In this document: positions 59,238-64,000 of the stretch, piece by piece | How the letters are laid out: the number at the start of each line of letters is the position of its first letter | How positions within the stretch are numbered: the first letter of the stretch is position 1 | Assembly (NCBI GenBank): GCA_033763455.1 | Contig: JANRKO010000060.1 | Coordinates: forward strand, 78,586 to 142,585 | DNA from: Polyangiaceae bacterium | GTDB lineage: Bacteria > Myxococcota_A > Polyangia > Polyangiales > Polyangiaceae | Length of the DNA: 64,000 nt | Direction: 5' to 3' | Program-made: the position numbers and the translations under genes | Notes under the pieces: model-generated | The model's input: the letters and a program-made list of their open reading frames with translations, nothing else | The model's database searches: none | Told to the model about the DNA's origin: nothing

Positions 59238-62200
59238 CTACTTCGAAAGGCTCTCGCATTGATCGTAGCCAGGCTTCGGTAGCGCGGTCCCGCGCGCCAC
59301 CGCGTCAACATAAGCGAACACGGCTAGCCCTGCATTGATGGCGCCGCGCCGAGCCCAACTGGTGATTCGCTCCTCCGTCCATATTGGAGAGACGGTGGCT
59401 CCACCCATCACACTGATGTCTTGGAACATTTGCGGTGGACAGATCGGGAGTGGCTTTCCTCCGATAGGGTGACTGTCTGCGTACGCCTGGAGTGCTTCAT
59501 CCGTCGTGTTGGTTCCGGCTCGCAGGCACCACGGTAGACGATTCGACGCGCTCACCCCCGAAACGACTTGAGCGTCGTGCGTACCTACCGGCGCAGAACT
59601 CGGATAAGCTGCTCTGTCGTAGAGGTTCACAGTTTGGTAATCGAAAGACAGAGTGCCGCCGCCGGAGACCACGTGGATAGCACGCACAGGGGGTAAGTTG
59701 TCGAATCCGCACAGCCTCTGCCACATTTCGGCGTCGCCGTTGCTGTCAAACAGACCCCAGTCGACAGGACCTTCCGTTACGAAATGCCCTCGCTCAGGGT
59801 TGAACCTTGTGCTCTGGCCGGGCAGCACCTGACGGCAGAGCTCCATGGCGACCTGTAGCATATTCGGCGAGCCGGCAGGTAGGGTCAGCTGCCGCTGCAT
59901 GCCTAGGACCGGCTTAGCGCCCACAAGCTGAAGGATCGACGGTGGAAGGTTGACCTTGGTGCCTCCCAGACCCATCCATGCGACGTAGCGACCTGCGACG
60001 TCATCCACGGACAAGCCCCAGGCACCTGCATCCACCCCGAGGACGTCGTTTCTATACTTGCCAGGTAGATCGACTGGGCCAAAGAGGCCGTCGCGGAGGT
60101 TTGCGACTCGTGCGATGCCCCCGGTCATCTCGACGATGCGGTCGGCTAGCTTACCGTTTGAGTCCGCCTTCTGCCCGTGGCAGTTGGAACAGATCATTTC
60201 GAAAACAACACCACCCGGGGTTTGCTCAAAGACAGGCTTGTTACGTCGGTCAACCTGAACTTCCTGAGTCCATTGCCACTTATCGGCGTTCTGGGCGAAG
60301 GCATCAATCGTGGGGACCGTTGAGAAATCGCACTCAGGATTTTCCTTCCAGGTGCCGTAGGGGAATGTCTGGAGTGCGAAGGCGCGCAATTCCGGGGTGA
60401 GTTGGACGGACTTCAGCAGCTTGAGTACCCCAAGCTCTTCCTCCGTGATGCACGTTATTCCGGGCTCGCAACTTACCCCAATGGCGAAACCGCTGGGAAG
60501 CGGGGCGAAAGGGTCGAGCGAAAGAACTTTTTTCCAATCCGCGCGCCTGGGGTTCCAGGGGCCCGGAACCTGTGTTGTATCAGTGGGGATGAAGTGCGGG
60601 CGCAATGGCACGCCCAGAGCAAACTGTGGGCTCGGGTTCGGTTCCCTCGGTACAACGATTGTCTTGCCCTGCGCATCGGTAGTGCCTACCTCCGGGTCTA
60701 GGATGTCAGTCGTGTCTGGACACCAGTTGTACCGTTCGCCCGCTTGGTAAATCTTGAGTCGCTCCTCGGCTTCAGCAACGGCGTCCTCGTAGCTGCCACC
60801 CCCGCGCTGGGTGTAGTGGTTGGTCTTACGCCCCGCGCCCGGCAAGACCTCCACGAACGGTTGCGTCTTCATGCCGAAGTCTTTGATCTCCGGATCAATG
60901 CACCAGCCGCCAACGCAGTACTCACAGTTGTGCTTGTCCGTCGTTCCTGGGGCTGGTGAGAGGAGCTGCCATCCCGTTGGAATGATGCCTGGGTTAGTCC
61001 CGTTGTCGAAATAGTCCAGGAGCGGCGTTTCGCACGGGACCATCCAGCCGACGGCCGTCACCTTTACCGGTGCTTCATTTCTGGCTTCAGAAATGCGCCT
61101 TCCTTCAAGCTGCAGATGCGCCGGGATACTTACCATCCAGTTGCCCGCGATTTGCGGCAATCTGCAGTCAAACCCCGAGGTATGGAGGGGCATGTGGGTG
61201 AAGATCGCCTTGCCTTCGGCATACGTGAACGGTGTATCGACATTGCGGTAAATGAGGCTGCGCCAGGGTGCGTCCACCGGCTCCTTCTCATTGTCGGGAA
61301 TCGTTTGTCCATTCGCGCGCAAGAAGGGTACCGAGCGAGGTGGTTTCGAGCCGCCTGCCAGGCCTGGTAGGATCATCTTTCGTTGGGTGATGGCATTTGA
61401 CTCGGACTCGAACTTCGCCGACATTTCGGTAAGCGAAGGTGTGATGTAGGGGATGTCGAATTGAGCGTCAGGGTCCGCTTGCCTGAGCCTCCCATAGCGC
61501 TTGGTTCGCGGACTCACTCTATCCAGCGGAAACTGGAAGATTCCGCCGGATTCAGCATCTGGCCAGAAGTTGAGCACCGACGCGAGCTCCGGGAAGTTGG
61601 TGGAGGGGAATCCGCGGGGATTGTGACAGTGTGCACAATTGCCGAGAAAGTATCCTTGAGCCTCAAGCTCGTACTTGTTTCTAGGTTTCCTGGAGCCTTG
61701 CGAATCTTCTAACTTGGCCTCTCTGCCCGACGCATCTATCCCAGTGACGACCCCGTAGTCGATCAGCCGCTGCAGTTGCGTGAGTTCGTCCTCGCTCGGC
61801 GCCTCAATGGTGCCGCCTTCCCCGAGCGGGCGTCGGGCGATCTGAAGCGGTGTGAACCCGAGCACGAAACTTCCGTCCGGGGCGCCTTCGTGACATTGAT
61901 CGCAACGTTCCTTGCCCGGGATCGCGTAGTGGCGCAAAAGGCCCTGCTTCTTGAGCTCTTTCACAACATCAGGCGAATCGCCTGCCAAAATTGGAGCGGC
62001 TTTTACTTCATCAGTGGGGTAGGTGATAAGCTCGTCCGCGAATACGCTGCCGTCGTTGCGCCTAGCCTCTTGGAGCACAGCCTCAGACTCGTCGTCGTTT
62101 AGCCACTTATAGGTACCGTAAAGAGCGTTCACTTGGGAGGTGCCGTCGGGCGCCTTGGTGTCCGGTCTTGAGACGATGATCCTGGTCTCGATCTTGCGAA

Positions 62201-63227
62201 AACTGACCTTACCGGTGAGGTCAATCACTTGCTTGAAGAACGTCTTGTAAAACCTGGTGTTCGCGGGAATGTCGAAGAGCTTGGTAGTTGGGTTGTAGGC
62301 AATCGATTTCCCAACAGGTACGCGGACGTGTCGGAGCTTCTTTGCGTTGTCCGCCCAAAGCGGGTAAGCGGGCGCAAAGGCAATGACGCCCTGTTGCGCC
62401 AAGATTTCTGAATCGAGAGAAATGAGGTCCGTCTCTTCGAGGCGCTTGGGAAGTTCTGTGGCCTTCTCGAACATTTGGTCCAACTTGGCTGCCGCGTCCC
62501 TGTTCGTCCCCACGAGCGAAGCTTCGGGGATGCAATTGCCGATATTCGTCAAACTCTTTCCGAGGGTCTCGGAGAGCACGTAGGCTTTTTTCGGATCCAC
62601 CGGCATAGGTGGATAAAAGAGGTCAGGGGGGCTTCCAGCCGCAATCCACTGCTTGAGCTCATTCGCGTACTGTAGGATGGGGTCGTCTGGGCTGCGTTCG
62701 CTCACTCGCTTGCCAAGCGGGGGCTTGGGCATCACCAGGGCCAGGTCGTCACTGAGCATGCGATCGACAGCCGCAGTGTTCATCTTCGCGGGAAAGGTTT
62801 CACGCGTTACGTTCCAGCCGCCGAGGCTCTGCGTGGTGTGGCAAACGTAGCACTGGCCTACCGATTGATACTTGTTCCAAAGAGTGTCCACGAATATTGG
62901 TTGTGGCTTTGCTTGAGCATCCGGGGAGGTTACCGAGCTACGCGCGGGAACTTTCTCGGCTTCGGTCGCGCGGGCGGGAGTGCACACTCCCTGGACGCTG
63001 CTGCCACCACCGGGTCCACCGCTTGCCGGGCTACCCGGTGCCCCAGCGTTACCGCCAACCCCCGAAGCGCCCGGGATATTGCTTTGAATATTGGGCCTCC
63101 TTGGGTAGGTTTCGTAGATGATGGTTTCAGACGGCGGTCCGGGGATATTCGTCTCACACGCCGTGAACAGGCAGCCGATGATCCCCAGTCGTGCGATCGC
63201 TTGCAGGTTTGAGAGGCGATGAATCAT
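59238..63227 (-). CDS. Large lipoprotein multiheme cytochrome c (4 CxxCH) containing an SO2930/HNE_0200-like diheme module
   Basis: Lipobox FTAC; CYVCH, CDQCH, CAHCH and CSNCH; PLWADNAKKLR...FYKTF...ETRII...YKW precedes the central heme pair. Start uncertain (63227, 63236 or 63296). Confidence 0.82.
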   Translation of the reverse strand: MIHRLSNLQAIARLGIIGCLFTACETNIPGPPSETIIYETYPRRPNIQSNIPGASGVGGNAGAPGSPASGGPGGGSSVQGVCTPARATEAEKVPARSSVTSPDAQAKPQPIFVDTLWNKYQSVGQCYVCHTTQSLGGWNVTRETFPAKMNTAAVDRMLSDDLALVMPKPPLGKRVSERSPDDPILQYANELKQWIAAGSPPDLFYPPMPVDPKKAYVLSETLGKSLTNIGNCIPEASLVGTNRDAAAKLDQMFEKATELPKRLEETDLISLDSEILAQQGVIAFAPAYPLWADNAKKLRHVRVPVGKSIAYNPTTKLFDIPANTRFYKTFFKQVIDLTGKVSFRKIETRIIVSRPDTKAPDGTSQVNALYGTYKWLNDDESEAVLQEARRNDGSVFADELITYPTDEVKAAPILAGDSPDVVKELKKQGLLRHYAIPGKERCDQCHEGAPDGSFVLGFTPLQIARRPLGEGGTIEAPSEDELTQLQRLIDYGVVTGIDASGREAKLEDSQGSRKPRNKYELEAQGYFLGNCAHCHNPRGFPSTNFPELASVLNFWPDAESGGIFQFPLDRVSPRTKRYGRLRQADPDAQFDIPYITPSLTEMSAKFESESNAITQRKMILPGLAGGSKPPRSVPFLRANGQTIPDNEKEPVDAPWRSLIYRNVDTPFTYAEGKAIFTHMPLHTSGFDCRLPQIAGNWMVSIPAHLQLEGRRISEARNEAPVKVTAVGWMVPCETPLLDYFDNGTNPGIIPTGWQLLSPAPGTTDKHNCEYCVGGWCIDPEIKDFGMKTQPFVEVLPGAGRKTNHYTQRGGGSYEDAVAEAEERLKIYQAGERYNWCPDTTDILDPEVGTTDAQGKTIVVPREPNPSPQFALGVPLRPHFIPTDTTQVPGPWNPRRADWKKVLSLDPFAPLPSGFAIGVSCEPGITCITEEELGVLKLLKSVQLTPELRAFALQTFPYGTWKENPECDFSTVPTIDAFAQNADKWQWTQEVQVDRRNKPVFEQTPGGVVFEMICSNCHGQKADSNGKLADRIVEMTGGIARVANLRDGLFGPVDLPGKYRNDVLGVDAGAWGLSVDDVAGRYVAWMGLGGTKVNLPPSILQLVGAKPVLGMQRQLTLPAGSPNMLQVAMELCRQVLPGQSTRFNPERGHFVTEGPVDWGLFDSNGDAEMWQRLCGFDNLPPVRAIHVVSGGGTLSFDYQTVNLYDRAAYPSSAPVGTHDAQVVSGVSASNRLPWCLRAGTNTTDEALQAYADSHPIGGKPLPICPPQMFQDISVMGGATVSPIWTEERITSWARRGAINAGLAVFAYVDAVARGTALPKPGYDQCESLSK

Positions 63228-63411
63228 GTTCCACATCCTATTGGAGACCCCGGTGCACCGGCTTACATAGCACAAGGAGTGGGTCCTTCGCAGCAAGTGG
63301 ACTTATCGCACACCGCGCCGTATCGGATCTTGGACACGCGTTGGGCCCGGCGTCATCGTCGCCGGCCTGTCGCGGTTCGTGGCCCACCGCGACCACGGGT
63401 GGGTTGGTCCA

Positions 63412-63999
63412 TTAGTTGTAGGGCGGAATACCAAGTGGGTTGTTGAGGCAGGCGTCGAAGTTATTCGGTTGTGTCTCCTCACAAGTAGATTCGTTGAAGT
63501 CCACACATCGGACCTTCGCGGCTGGATCGATGAGATTCAGCGGCAGCAAGCCGGCCCAGGCGGCAGCAGCATGAACGGTGGGGCCGTGGGCGAAGCATCT
63601 GGCTACTTCTTGATTGCCGTTCTCGAATCCCCTAAGGGAGTTGAGGTACATGGGGGAGGCCAGTGGGTAGACCTTGGAGAGCACATTGGCGGGCGTGGGG
63701 CCGGCGCTGTTGATCCAAACCGCGGTTGCACCGAGCTGCTCTGCCTCTTGGCGGGCGAAGCCCATGCTGCAGGTGTACTTGGCTGCGAGGCAGCCGATCT
63801 GGCGGGTCGCGGATACCTCTCGGCAAGCGCTCGCCGTGCGGCTGCGGATACGGTACCAAGCACCGGTCACTTCGCGGTTCTCAGCGTCGATGATCAAGCT
63901 GCCGTTCGGGTTGCGGAGGTACTGGTTGTACGCCAAGGTGTTGGTGGTGTTGGGGGTGAAGAACGGGGCATCGTCGGCTTCACGCTTGAGGCAGCTGTG
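63412..63999 (-). CDS. C-terminal part of a PstS/PBP-like Cys-rich protein paralogous to 47067-48929 (5' end beyond the window)
   Basis: Frame is open to the window edge: HSCLKREADDAPFFTPNTTNTLAYNQYLRNPNGSL versus HQCYKSEANDAPFFTPNSVNTRVFNKYLRNPNGSL. Confidence 0.85.
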   Translation of the reverse strand, partial: HSCLKREADDAPFFTPNTTNTLAYNQYLRNPNGSLIIDAENREVTGAWYRIRSRTASACREVSATRQIGCLAAKYTCSMGFARQEAEQLGATAVWINSAGPTPANVLSKVYPLASPMYLNSLRGFENGNQEVARCFAHGPTVHAAAAWAGLLPLNLIDPAAKVRCVDFNESTCEETQPNNFDACLNNPLGIPPYN

Positions 64000-64000
64000 G

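Noticed and set aside
1..64000. tRNA, rRNA, IS elements, integrase or prophage genes
   Set aside because: None recognised by eye; intergenic gaps are short and show no such signatures. tRNAscan-SE and ISEScan would be needed to exclude them formally.

Overview
GC-rich bacterial window. The gene content points to a myxobacterium, probably Polyangia/Sorangiineae-like (inference from Ser/Thr kinases, a kinase-fused sigma-54 activator, Myxococcus Cys-rich repeats and a MYXO-CTERM-like tail). From 1-42.3 kb the genes are mostly housekeeping or transport: partial typA, an orphan Dam-type methylase, cdsA, a FliA-like sigma factor divergent from pilMNOPQ, a kinase-GAF-sigma-54 activator, and two complete Opp/Dpp-type peptide ABC systems in tandem. 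In those ABC systems one ATPase is fused to a GspG-like pseudopilin domain, and the run ends in a tandem PARP-type zinc-finger gene. Next come a Ser/Thr kinase, a GldA/F/G-like ABC module with a DUF4340 gene, DUF1456, an AAA_14/DUF4143 ATPase and an ArsR-SRPBCC pair. From 42.3-64 kb is the best candidate for an undescribed system: 13 genes, 12 of them predicted exported or membrane-bound proteins (7 with lipoboxes), built from a small shuffled domain kit. The kit is a 14-Cys ~124-aa domain (6 copies in 4 genes), a Cys-flanked Ig/PKD-like domain (4 copies), a CBM-like domain (2 copies) and a degenerate PstS-like protein (2 copies). The cluster also holds two 4xCxxCH cytochromes c, a matrixin protease, a TPR protein and a pseudokinase. 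No rRNA, tRNA, CRISPR array or transposase was recognised. All family calls are from motif recognition by eye, not database searches.
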